Source: Polymyxa betae A26-41
Taxonomy: Eukaryota > Protista > Endomyxa: Phytomyxea
Length of the DNA: 64,000 nucleotides
Direction: 5' to 3'
Assembly: GCA_003693705.1 (NCBI GenBank)
Contig: RBZT01000424.1
Location: forward strand, 1 to 64,000
Shown in pieces: positions 14,292-26,509 of this stretch. Both the position numbers and the translations under genes were made by a program. The notes beneath the pieces were generated by a model. That model saw nothing but the letters and a program-made list of their open reading frames with translations. It searched no databases and had not been told where the DNA came from. Each line of letters opens with the position of its first letter. The stretch's first letter is position 1.

Positions 14292-14747
14292 CAGGGACGG
14301 AGCCAGAATCTGAAGGGACCCGGGCTAAATGTTCCTTCTCAGGAACCCAGTATGCAAAGTGTTGTATATTATAATCTTAATTTTATTGCAATGAGAATTG
14401 GCTACGACGCGTTGCCATTGTTTTGAATCTGACAATGACAGACCCCGTGCTGATCTTTGAATCATTATTCTTTTTCGATGAACAGCACCAAGGCACTCAA
14501 TAAGAATTTGTATCAGACCTTATTGCGAATGCGATTTCAGAACATTTTGAGGGCAGAGAATGAGAGGCCCTAATGGCCTAATATAATTAGGAACTCACAG
14601 GTACGTGGAAATTCGTTCTGTAACCTCAAGAGTCGAAAACCAAATTTGAAATTGGTTTTATGACATGTAGGGCTAGGGTTTTAGAGTGAACGGCCTTGAA
14701 AATGGGTATACCTACACGGTAGCCCACCCCCTGTGGCTCCGTCCCTG
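14292..14747. mobile_element. Non-autonomous TIR element (MITE-like), 456 bp
   Basis: Perfect 14-bp TIR CAGGGACGGAGCCA / TGGCTCCGTCCCTG, with AAT directly on both flanks (14289-91, 14748-50) and no coding capacity. Confidence 0.7.
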
Positions 14748-14794
14748 AATTTGTCACACTTTACAAGAGATCGGAATACCATAGCCTGTCCATA

Positions 14795-15746
14795 GCCCTG
14801 ATCCGTATATAGTGTATAATAAACACTTTACAGAGTTCACAAATTTTGGCCCCAAATTGTTAAAGTATAACAGCTGGAAAATGGTCAACTTTGATAAATT
14901 CTATAAAATCAACCATTAATCTAGCATCGATGAAATTTTGCAATCATATCAGGTACGACCCAAACCCTAGCCCGCAAAAAAGTTTGCGCGAAATTCGTGT
15001 TCTGGACCTCGCCATTGCTTGCTGGGTTTCCTGACTGTTTTAATGGCGTCCCTGGAAGAGTTCTCGATACACACGATGATACAACGTCCAATATCTGGAA
15101 AGACGATACTGAGGATGATCCCATACAGTTGAGTCATGCTCAGCTGCTCAAATTGACCAATTTTCTGTCGTACCGAAGTCGCTGGATGGAGGTTTTACGA
15201 CGACGCAGTTCGTGATTTTCGAACAGTTCCAGCAATGCCTAGGTTACCTGTGTTTTTATTGTGAACTGTTTTTTACTTGGCAACCTCTTTGATGCCGTTC
15301 GAGAGAGGTTACCATCAAGTAACGTTACCAACCCTGAACCCTAAACACCAAAAATGACCTGAGGCTATTTATGGAACGATCGCTTGCGCCTCAAAGTGGG
15401 CGAACATGACGGCAGCGAAAGAGTCCAGAACAGGACTCCTCTGCACAATCGCAGTCTCGAACCCGATGTCAAAGAGCTAAATAAACACTGCTCCCTTATA
15501 GTGCATATTAGTGTATATTATGCACTATAAGGCATTTCCCCAGTCGTTGCGTGGCCCAGCAAACCTTAAACCCTACCCCGCGATTGCGAAGGCTCCCTTT
15601 GAGCTATCATAAAAAATTTTACATAGGCATGTAGAGCATTACAGGAGCAGCATCAATATAGTAATGATTGGGGCTCATGAGCTTCCTCAGAGGTTTTACA
15701 AATCGTTGAAAACGAAAAGTGCATATATGCGAATGCGGATCAGGGA
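14795..15746. mobile_element. Possible degenerate TIR element flanked by TA
   Basis: ccctgatccg (14796-14805) and cggatcaggg (15736-15745) form an inverted pair with TA just outside each end. The interior has broken ORFs and a 14-bp-stem hairpin. Confidence 0.35.
15494..15532. repeat. Inverted repeat (14-bp stem, 11-nt loop)
   Basis: ccttatagtgcata ... tatgcactataagg is a perfect stem. Confidence 0.8.
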
Positions 15747-15899
15747 TAGACCATAGGTAAAATGATAAATTACGCAATTATTTGCATTTATTTACGCGCA
15801 CAGCGACCAGAATTTACTGCCTACCGGTATATCAATACGGCATATCTGTTCTAAGAGAGAACCTTTAAACAATTTCTGCATTTCATTTTGCATTCCGTT

Positions 15900-17322
15900 A
15901 TGATCCAAAATGGTTCGTATAAGCTTCGGTTCGCAGAACATTTCGAGCGTGATTCACTGAAGCTCATCGAGCTTTCTCCCGAGATGGCCCGCGAATTGTC
16001 GTCGGAAATGCAATCGCTAATTATTCGTGGAACTGCCGATGATAACGTCGTCATCGTTAATCGAAACCAAACGTAGAGTCGAACAGCATTATCAAACTCT
16101 CAACGTAACAGAAATCCTTTAGATTTAAAGTTAATCTTCTTGAGACCTCGAATACGCTGTTACTTTTGAGACCATCAGCATTGGATACCAAACTTCATGA
16201 GGTTGAAGCTGCCCCAAATCACCATTTAGAACTAGTCGAGGCTGTCCCAGACATGCAACCGCTCGTGAACAAACTTAGTCAAAATTGCATTGGTCATCAC
16301 TCCTGTTATTGCAGAACTTCTTCATGATGATATTTTGTAGATGCTGACCATCTAGATGTGTTTTATTCAGAACCAGGCACCACCAACCCTCCAGGTGTTT
16401 CAATACGGGAGCTTCTGGACATGGTCCAGGCCAGTGATGAAGAGATTGAGAAAGAATTGACCAGGAGACGAGCGATTGAAGTTCAAGGTAATGCATAGTC
16501 TGTTCAATGGTTTGTTATTTGAAGAGAAATAGGATACTGGTTCAGCCTAGATATGAGACTTATAAACATAGTTCTAAGCGAGATTATTGATATTGTTCAA
16601 GCATGCTCAATGTCTATGGAACGTTTATCTTTCTTGGAGATTGCCACAGAGTAACCTGATCAGTTTGATTTTAAATATGCTGATTTCTGTTGCAAAGACT
16701 GTCGGATGCATATCCATCTTTATTGGTAAGGCATGTGTTAAGCTGTTTCTCCAAGACAGCCATTGAGGCCAACGATGCGGTATTCTGTCTCGACGAGAGA
16801 TTACTAAGCCGACAGATTGCTATTCGGATCTTGCTAGAACATCCAGTAATTGTTTTGCTAATCTTGAGTTGTAGGCTGATCCCTTCTAGAAAATACCATA
16901 TGTTGAATTCATGGAGAGATGGAGAATGGAACTTCCTGGTCTATTGCAAGCTGACGAGGCTTATCTAAAAGTTGACAGATTGTGTTATTAATTGCTTTGG
17001 AGCTGATAGAGTTGTTAGGGATTAGCGTACCTAGATGAAAGTTCATTTCAAAAGAATTTAGTGTATGTGATCTGGCTGATATCATCAAGCTTGCAGATTC
17101 TGACATCCCCTTAGCTACATCCCAATTGAAAAGCTTGCATTGGAACCGAAGGCACGATTCAACTTCTTGTTTGGAATTCGAACGAAATGGCCAGTTGACG
17201 ACATGCTCGCATTCATTGAAGATTTAATCGCCATTGGCCATTCTTCAGAGACTATTATCATGAGACACACGAAAACAGTTCAAAAAGGCCAAATTTATGT
17301 CGCTAAAACAGTGCCAAGATAA
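15900..17322 (+). CDS. DSCC1: Sister chromatid cohesion protein DCC1 (multi-exon)
   Basis: LKLIELSPE...LIIRG..DDNVVIV, LETSNTLLL and the C-terminal PKARFNFLFGIRTKW..DM..FIEDL match DCC1. Confidence 0.82.
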
Positions 17323-17635
17323 AAACGCTTAATTGAAACTTTCTCCAGAATATTGCGATGCAAAATTGCCACAAACCAGCAGAATTGTTCGTCCGCTTCG
17401 GTATGGGGCGAGAATGTACTGATTGTACTCTGTAAGATACTTCAGTTCTGTTTCCCCAGAATTTACGTATCTTGAATTATTTGAGAGTGAGATTTTTTAG
17501 AGAATTCGGTTAGTTGGAAAATTTGAAGAACTCCGGAGCGGACTGCGCCAATGACCGTAACACTAGCTGATGCCATTCGTGCCAACTGATTGTGCACACC
17601 TCATAGATACTAACAGTCGGGATCCTCAGCTAATC

Positions 17636-18384
17636 ATGGCATCTGCCCAGCCCGAAGTTCAGTTCAAGATCATTCTTGTCGGTGATGGTGGTGTTGGCAA
17701 GACCACCTTCGTCAAGCGCCACTTGACCGGTGAATTTGAGCGTCGTTATATCGCGACCATGGGTGTAGAAGTTCACCCTCTAAAGTTCTCGACCAATTTC
17801 GGTACTATTATCTTCAATGTCTGGGATACCGCCGGCCAGGAAAAGTAGATTACTGCTTTTATGCCCTCTGAACTTCGATCTGATCCCGCTCTGTAGATTC
17901 GGTGGTCTTCGTGATGGTTATTATATTAATGGAAACGCTGCCATCATCATGTTCGATGTCACATCTCGAGTTACCTACCAGAATGTCCCTCAATGGCACC
18001 GAGATCTGACTCGAGTGTGTGAGAACATCCCTATTGTCCTTTGTGGTAACAAGGTCGATGTTAAAGATCGTAAGGTCAAGCCCAAGGCTATCATGTTCCA
18101 CCGCAAGAAGCCAAACATTCAGTAAGAGCTTTACATATCCGTTTTATGGTTATTCTCATCGCTTTGCTAGGTACTACGATGTTTCAGCCAAGTCGAACTA
18201 CAACTTCGAAAAGCCTTTCCTGTGGATCGCCCGACGATTGGTCGGCAACCCGAACCTGGTATTTGTTGAACAGCCCGCTCTGCAGCCCCCAACTGCTCAG
18301 GTTGACCTCAACCTCATGGAGCAGTACAAGCAACAGTTCCAGGAGGCAAATGCTGTCCCGCTTCCAGAGGATGACGATTTTTAA
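17636..18384 (+). CDS. RAN: GTP-binding nuclear protein Ran (3 exons)
   Basis: [42 protein letters not shown] and an acidic tail PEDDDF. Confidence 0.98.
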
Positions 18385-18459
18385 TTCTAATCATTTCACA
18401 AAGCTGCGGCAAAAAATAAAAGCGGTTTTAGGATGTATTCTTGGTTGAAAATGTTCTTT

Positions 18460-20023
18460 TTATTGAATTTCAATTCTGAGATTTGACAATGGTGTCAATT
18501 CCTCTTTCGCCATCAGTTCGATTTCATCGCCTAAAAACGCTTGTAATTCGTCAGCAACTGTTTCAATTGCTTCTTCAATAACGGAGCTTGCTGTGCTATA
18601 AAAAATATTTAGCAAATGGTTTCCGCAAAGCTGATTGCCTTACAGTTCCACCAAATGCTGAGGTAAGATACCAAAGCTTGTATGGAAGCCTTCATTCTTA
18701 CTGCGAACATACTCGTGAAACTGCTGACAGCAAACTTGAGATTCTTCGAGCTTTATAGGTTTTTCGAAATCTGTAGCATCTGGCGTTGTATAACGTGATA
18801 AGATTTGCAACTCAGCTTGGGCTTCAGCCAATAACTGATTGGTTAAGCGAGCAGGTAGATTGGGCGACCGTCTTTCTGTAAACAAATTTCTTGCTATTCG
18901 ATATCTTTCACGATCAAGATCTTCAACTGTGTTACCAACATCCTGGGCAGAACGGTTATCAGACCTGTAATATGTTTAACATGATAGTTGCTGGTTGATT
19001 GACGTAAGACCTCTGCGAATCGTTTGCAGATAGAATCTGTACTGTGTCCGAAAGCAATTCTTCCAAAATGTAATTAGTGAGAGCACAGACTTCCGCATTT
19101 GATAATCTCGATCGAGAGATGTCTTTACGAGTGGTCGAAGTCAAAGTTTTCTCGACTTGGTCAAGCTGATTCAACATCGATTTGGCGAAGTGGGTCGCTT
19201 GACATTCAGCATCAACCACACTGTTCGGTTGATGCATATTTTGTATCGATTGTTGCCCCGTTCGCAAGATATCCTTAATCTAAGCAGAATATTAAGAAGC
19301 CATTATAATTGAGGGAAATTTGTCGGACTCGTTTGTGTGCTGTTTTTATACTTTCTTGTCTTAGATCAGATTCAATGGAACTTTTGCGGTGCTGCTTTGC
19401 CATATCGTGTTTAATGTCGTCCAGAATGAGCTCGGCACGTTTTCTCTCTATTTCAATTTCCGATCCTTGTTTGCATGGGAAATGATCCAGCCCATCATCG
19501 AGTCCATTTTCGAATTTTTTCGCTTCAAGAGCGATTGCAGCCGATATAGCTGCTGATAATGTTGGTTTGGGTTTAGCAGCAGAACTGTCCCTCGCAAAAC
19601 AGTTCTTTTCTTTCGCAGCTCGATTATTGCACAAATTAATGCTGGTAGCCGTCTTACTTGAAGCAGGAGCTGGATGAGCATGAATTTTGGTCTTCACAAC
19701 GGGTCTGATAGAATCGTTGATAATAATTCCATTATTGAGGCTAAACTAACTGCTGATTTAGATGTGAATGTACGAGCCAGGGCGGATTCCCATATCGAAG
19801 CCCTAGCGCGACATCTTCCTGTGCCAGCCTTCAGAAATAAATGAAGCAGTAGAAAGCTTTAATGGCATCGGTACCTCTGACAATGGTTGATTGCAGATGC
19901 TAAATCAAACTGCAGTTGAGGTCTATGCCTTAACAACTCTCTAACTGGTTTATTTCGTTGGGATATGCCCGGGCCTGCAGCTGGTTGATGCGCGTCTACA
20001 TCAATATTATCCTGTGATGTCAT
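18460..20023 (-). CDS. Hypothetical multi-exon protein, Moonraker/KIAA0753-like C-terminus
   Basis: Chain of spliceable minus-strand ORFs. The C-terminus (F.EY...P..LVE..ASSVIEEAIETVADELQAF...EEL) resembles my recollection of the KIAA0753 end. Confidence 0.5.
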
Positions 20024-20085
20024 TACTCATAGAGCAATGAGACTGCAACTGTAACCATAGTCGTTAATGACAGCACATATTGTTG

Positions 20086-20104
20086 AAACCCTAAAACCCT
20101 AAAC
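20086..20104. repeat. Interstitial telomere-like/telo-box motif aaaccctaaaaccctaaac
   Basis: Direct sequence, ~60 bp upstream of the ATG at 20023. Confidence 0.6.
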
Positions 20105-20183
20105 AAATTCCAGAACAGACACCAAACTAAACACAGCACGAATGAATATGATGGAATCGGCTTTCTCAAGCTTTATGATTAAA

Positions 20184-20547
20184 TCAATCTAATTTAGTCT
20201 TGAAAGATGCTTGGCTGATAGACTCGACTTGACTACGCTGTTTAGATAGCATTCTGTAGGATACCAATAAGGAAAATACAATCACCAGCATCGGGCGAAT
20301 CAATTGCAAGAGGTTGATCGTTCCGGCCCAATATGACGTTAGAGTTAGAATGCAGCACAATAGAAGAGAATGAAAGAGAATGTTTGCAGGCTTTGAGTCA
20401 ATAGCTATGTTCATATGCAGTCTCGGCCAGGCAAAGGAGAGACACAGAAGTGGCGCGATCATTAAGAAGGAAAAAGTAATCGAAAGGAAACAGGATCTTG
20501 ACCTTGCAGGAGTTTCTCGATGCTGATATGTGATTGATGGGTTCGGC
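20184..20547 (-). CDS. Duplicated, diverged RPN2/SWP1 terminal exon (putative alternative last exon B)
   Basis: Acceptor catttcag|G at 20548/20547 is in the same phase as exon A. It has 3 TM segments colinear with exon A and ends KTKLD*. Confidence 0.75.
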
Positions 20548-20626
20548 CTGAAATGATAGTGTTTAGAAACATGCGAAAGCAAAAGCATAAATAAGTGAAT
20601 TGGTAATGTATTTAAAGAATGGAGTC

Positions 20627-21758
20627 TCAGTCATGTTTGGGTTTAGCAATGGAGCGCCGGGAACGCAGAGCTCGGTTTCCGACAACAATGGTAAAAGGAG
20701 CAAGTACCATGAGCCATTTCGCCAAATCAAACAAAGTCATTTTGACCCAATATACAGTTAAGATAACAAAAATCGCGGCTAGATATGCATGGAACAGAAA
20801 TCCCCACATTCCGGGAGCTGAAACACGAAGCCCGATACATTTCCAAGTAGGAATAAGCATAATTAAGGGTATTGCAAGAATTACAGTAAATATAAAAGAC
20901 AATATCGGATGGCATCGCGATTCATTGGGACGAAAAATATGACGAATCTCAGGTTTTTTCCTATTGTAAAACATTAATGAAACCACCAAAAACGAAAAGG
21001 CATTGGTAAAGAAATCAAGAGAAACAGAGAGAACAAGTAAACAGAATGTTTACACTTACATGTGAATAAGATCAGACGCTAATCTAACAGCACCGGGTAG
21101 TCTTGCGAGGTTGATGTTTGCTTGGCAAACATTCCAGTCGATATATGTGGGAAGTTGAGGATCGCTAATAAGCAACTTTATCTGATACCTTCCTGCGAAA
21201 ATGAAACAGCGACCTTTAACCCCAATTATGAAACGAAGCATAGCTCTTACCATTTCCGGGTACACGGCTAGAGAATGTGGAATGAGTATATTTCAGTTTT
21301 AACTGGTAGTTACCACTGGCTCGTTTAGTTGGAGTAAGAACAACATGCTTAATAGTGTCCAAATTCAACAATGCTACGCCAATATAGGCGATATCGTCAA
21401 GATTACTGTTCAGCTTAAAAGCAAAATGAACATGTGTGGATGGCGCTGTAATTTCCAGAACGTCGTCGCTTTCATTCGGATACGATGTCCTGAATATGAA
21501 ATTTATAAAACGGCAGTGATGACCACGGCGAACCTACGTGATAGAGCTGATAGAATCTTCATGTTTAGTTGATGTCCATGCTTTAAACTGTGACAGCTCA
21601 ACGACACCATTTGCAGCAGATGCAATTTTCTGTGAATCGTCGTAGCCTTGGGAATTGATTTTGTCGGAAATCTCTATTTTGCTAGCCAAATCCTGGGGCG
21701 AGATCGGCTGCAACTCAATAGCTAGGATAAAAGTGATGACGACGAATATGGCCTTCAT
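20627..21758 (-). CDS. RPN2: Oligosaccharyltransferase subunit ribophorin II / Swp1 (short form, multi-exon)
   Basis: Signal peptide MKAIFVVITFILA, the KPEIRHIFRP motif, three C-terminal TM helices (FLFHAYL, YWVKMTLFD, GNRALR) and a KPKHD* tail. Confidence 0.88.
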
Positions 21759-21914
21759 CGCTATAATAGATAAATGTCGCTATAAAGAGAGGAGCACTTC
21801 TGGTCCCAAGCTCATCACATAGGTGATTACGCTACATCGCCAGTGATTTCTCCCGATCCGTGACATACATACATAGAAATGGCCAATGATAATTACGTGT
21901 TGGTTTTATATCAA

Positions 21915-22233
21915 TCAGTGTAAAAGTGTATCAATAAGCCCAAAATGGCCATGATGATGATCGGGGTTACCGCTCCCATATCTATGGGAGTGATGATCGT
22001 GGCTTTCGTGAACATGATCAGAACCGAAATAGTCATGACTGCATAGGAAAGTTAATTGGGATGTTGTTGATTCTACTAGTTCCTTACTGGTCGTGATCAA
22101 TATCGTCGTGGTCGTCGTCATCCTCATCGTAATGGCGGTCCATGCCCCCGAAACCCCATCCCGCTGAAAACGATCGTGAAATCATCGTCAACAGAAGCAC
22201 TGCCACCAGCACAATTGGAGAGGAGAATTGCAT
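21915..22233 (-). CDS. Small secreted His/Asp-rich protein (2 exons; intron 22039-22087)
   Basis: MQFSSPIVLVAVLLLTMISRSFSA-GWGFGGMDRHYDEDDDDHDDIDHDHHDYFGSDHVHESHDHHSHRYGSGNPDHHHGHFGLIDTLLH*. Confidence 0.75.
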
Positions 22234-22417
22234 TTGGAATTGTTTCAAACCATTCTGCAGTGACTCAGTCCCTTGATTAAAGTTCCGGAACGCTGGACAT
22301 TTGAAAAGATGAATGGCGCGAAATGCTGAAAAACTTGTTTCTTTTATCTCAAAATTTATGTGAACAGCAATGTTATTCGTCCGAGAGAGACTTCAGTTGT
22401 TCATTGTTTTTGCTGTT

Positions 22418-25042
22418 ATGAAGTCAGGAAGTCATTACAAGGACTCAAGCGATACGTCATCTGGACGCTGGAAATGGATTCTGGCACTGATACCAGTTTC
22501 TTGCATGCTAATCAAACACTGGCGTGATTTCAACCGGGAAAGGAGACGACGTCTTCTCGAGCAGATCGCCGCCAATAGACTCCAGCGATGCTTCAGCCTA
22601 TTCGACAAGCAGCTCGAACTAGCAGAGACACGTATAAGCCTGTTGGAGAGAATTAAAGACCTTGAGCTCAATGATGAAATGCGTCAGTATGCCCTCAACA
22701 CGGTCTTCGCCGAATCTGTAATTTCAGCTGAATGTGATCGAATGCTAAAAGAGCGTTCGCTTTGTGATGTTCTTCCTGATAATCATTAAAAGGCTATCTT
22801 TGCGAATACACTCCAAGCTGTGTGAATCCCAATCGCGATCGTTTTAGGTACTATGTGAAAATGGACCCGGGACAAACTTCCGAGAAGTCGAAAAAGACGC
22901 AGACCGAATTGCAAAAACGAACACAGTACATCAAGTCATTACAACGAAACTACGAATGTATTAGCAATGCTTTTAAGAAGCTGAATACGCAGCTGGAGGC
23001 TACCAAGCAAGAATTGGAGACAGTTAAGCAAGGCGCTGCTACAGCTACTGATAATGAGCAGGAGAGAGTCCAGTTACAACAGACTATAGAGAGTTTATCA
23101 TCTGACAATACCTCCCTAGCTAAAGAGCTGTCTTTAGTCAAGGATGCGCTGGCAGTGTCATCGGCCAACTTTCAATCAACTCGCGATCGTCTGCATCAGT
23201 TGTCAGCTCAGAATCAGCACCTGGAATCAGAAATCGCCAAAACTAGTGCAACAGCTCAGGAATCTAGGTATGATGCTATCAGTTGAAGTATTTGGCTGAC
23301 AAACGAAGGTCATTGATCTCAGCAGCGAATCAAAAAGCTCGAGAAAATGTCGCTCTTATAGATAGAAAAGAACGAATCCAGGCTTCTATGCATACACAAA
23401 TTGCACAGTTGCATGCAAAAATCGGCGAACAGGAACAGCAGATACGCAAGCTTGAGATTGACATTCAAAAAGCAAACAATGTCTCGTATAGAGTTGGTAA
23501 GTAGCACGAGATAGGCTTTCTGTTGTTTCAAGTTTCCCATCAGGAATCGATCGGGACAATTTGAAATTTGAGATCAGCCGAATACGAGTGGAGTCTGCTC
23601 GTATTGGAACAGAACATAAGTCGACGTTAAAGAAGCTACAAGAGCTTGAAGACTTGAACAAGGGTCTGAAGCTGGAGTTAAAGTCATTGAAAGCTAAAAC
23701 CGACCAGAAGGAGTTCAGCAAGGTGCTGGAAGAAGCGGTGGCCTCAAAGCAAGCGGCGTATGAGCGTTGTGATCAGCTGTCCAAAACCATCGAAGAACTT
23801 CGCGAAAGACAAGAACATTTTGAGGCCAAGGTCGATGTATTCAGCTGACAGGCGCTGTTTGAACCTTGAATGATTCAGATCTCAGAGCTTCGATCTTCCG
23901 AGAAATCCAAAATCAAAAAGATTGCCGAACTTGAGGACATTTGCGCTGAGCATGAAAGAAGCATAATTGATTTGGCCAGTGCTAAAGAAGAGTCGATATC
24001 ATGCTTAGAGGAACTTCAAAAAACACGGTCACCTTGGACGATAACTTGCAGTTACTTTGAGCTTAATAGGCTTATCTAGGTATGAGAGAGATGTGTTAAC
24101 GAGGGAGAATGAAGATTTGAAAGAAACCGTTGAGGAGATTGAAAGTCAACGAAAGATTTGGATGGACGAGATCCGGGGGTTGTTCGGGGAGAGTTCCGGC
24201 CAGCAAAAGTTGTTTCAAGAACTCGAAGAAATCAACACGCGCCTACACACGTCGCAGTCCCAGGTTCGAGAGGAAATCACAGCCATCAGCGAAGAGCGTG
24301 ATCAACTTCGTCAAACCGCGGTCAACATCGTCAAACGGAATGAGAAACTTGAGGAACAGCTTAAGCATTTGCACGAGCAAGCATCGCAGATGAGAAAAGA
24401 CTATGAACATGATTCGATGCAACTACGACAAGAATTGGAATGTCAGTTTACACATCAAAAGTTTTCTCATTGAAACCTTATGGTGGCTAGCAACGGTTAC
24501 TTCATTACGAGAGCAGCTAAGCGATCAGAGGAAGGAGCTTGATCATGTTCGTCGTCGTAATAAGGAGTTCATGAAACAACAACGGCTAAGTCCAGCCGAA
24601 GTCAAAGCGATTCGAGAGCGTGAAAAAGAGCTGAATGCGACTATACAGAAGCTGGTGCTTGCAGAGGAGTCTAGTGAGGTATTGAGCTCATCGACTTCCT
24701 GTTTGGTTCATTGAACAATGCTTGCAGCCTGCATATACCTGCATGGATTGCATGAAACCATTCACCGATCCTGTCACCTGCATTCCATGTGGTCACAGCG
24801 CCTGCGAGCAGTGTATCATACGAGCTGGAATCTGCATTGTAATGCAAAGCAGACCTTATGATGTTCCAATTACTGATTTGAGCTTATAGCAATGTGGAGA
24901 CAGACGGCGAGTCTCGTATTACCCGAACCAACTTCTTGCCGAGCTGTCAGCTAAGCATGTTTATCGTAAGCAAGCATTGGCAGGTTTGTTGCAGATGTCG
25001 CAGCAGTTCCTCGACAAACAGGATCCAGAGGCGCATGCTTGA
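22418..25042 (+). CDS. Long coiled-coil protein with C-terminal RING finger (multi-exon)
   Basis: Heptad-rich exons followed by CMDC..PF.DPVTCIPCGHSACEQC....C..C; possible N-terminal hydrophobic segment. The start could instead be 22370. Confidence 0.72.
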
Positions 25043-25094
25043 AAATCAGGTCTACGATCACTATTCCAAAGTCTATCTGGAGGACGTCACGATT

Positions 25095-26045
25095 TAACAT
25101 TTCGTTCCAGGCGGTGGAAATGTTGTATAATGAAGCCAAAATGAATTGTTAGATATTTTTAGCCGCATGATGGCAATAAAGTCAAAAGTCTGCTTCTCTT
25201 CTCTTTCAAGTGAGCCTTCTCTTCCTATACAAATATTAACGAAGTTAATTCATCCACTGCATTTTCGCAATACTTCAAGTTGTTTGAGTTTCTGGTGTAA
25301 AGCGGATTGTTGCATTCTTGTTGAATCGTTCAACTTTTGCAAACCGATTAATTCCTTCTCATTCTGAGAGGATTGTTAGTAAAAAAGGAAAGGTGATGGC
25401 CTTCTTTGACCTTTTCTCTTTCGGTTTTAACAAGTTCTGTATTCTTTGCAACAAGCGACTGAAATTGTGTCTCCAATCGATCGCCTATGGCGACTGAATA
25501 GCAAGTCATCCCATACTGTTTGCTCCATACGTTGCTGTCTTAAAGAGTGGATTCTACTCGCTCTTTGTTTACATTCAGAATCTAATTTGGATAATGATTG
25601 CTGATGGATTGCATTATCCAGATGCAGCTTTGCTTGAAGGGATTGCTGATGATTTCAGTGGAAAATTAGAAATGGACGTTTCAGCATTACAATTTCACTA
25701 TCTGCGTCGTCAATTCGAGCTGAACCGGCCGTAATATCCTCTTTCAATCGTGATATCAAATGCTTCGATTCGTCGTTTTGTTTGACCACCTCATCCAGAG
25801 CGGTTACTATTGAAATCTGGTGCTTTGTTAGCCGAGCTATTTGACTAAGTTGTTCTTGAACGAAATCCAGATATTCTCGTTCTATCTGCTGAGCAAATTA
25901 GCAACAAACCCTCGAACCGACCGATATCGATTCCAACATCGATCTCAGCAGTAGCCAATTGCGAACTAAACTGATTGCGGTTCAGTGACTGGATTCGTGC
26001 TGACATCCGATCAGAAAGCGATGCGAATGCATTCTGTATGGTCAT
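25095..26045 (-). CDS. Hypothetical protein (multi-exon, boundaries uncertain)
   Basis: ORF 25845-26093 followed by further charged, coiled-coil-like exon fragments with GT-AG boundaries. Confidence 0.4.
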
Positions 26046-26509
26046 AATGCGCCCCTTTAAGGTTATGAAGACATGACATGACTGTCTCATCACTTCCCCT
26101 TCTTACTGTTACATATCACTATGTACAACTCATTCTCTCTATTTACATAATAAGGTTATTGTTGTGTCTCTGATAGAGTACAAACACCCATTCATACTAC
26201 AGCGCATAGGCCCATCATGGTTCCTGATTGAACACTAGCTGACATCGTTCAGCTTGGCAGGACAAGCTTTATAATCAGGCATCCGCAAAAGGACGAAACT
26301 AAGATCATCCATGCCCAGATAACTGCAGATGTTCGCAGATAGTAAGTATTATACAGCAGCAAATAATACGAGGGTTGGGGTTATGGACGCGTTAGGGTTA
26401 GGGTTTTGGAAGGGCTAGCCTTAAGTCATGTGATTGTGAGACGGTGACAGCAGGCGGGGACTCATTACTCATACATTCAGCATCACATCTCTGTCAAATT
26501 TTACATCTC

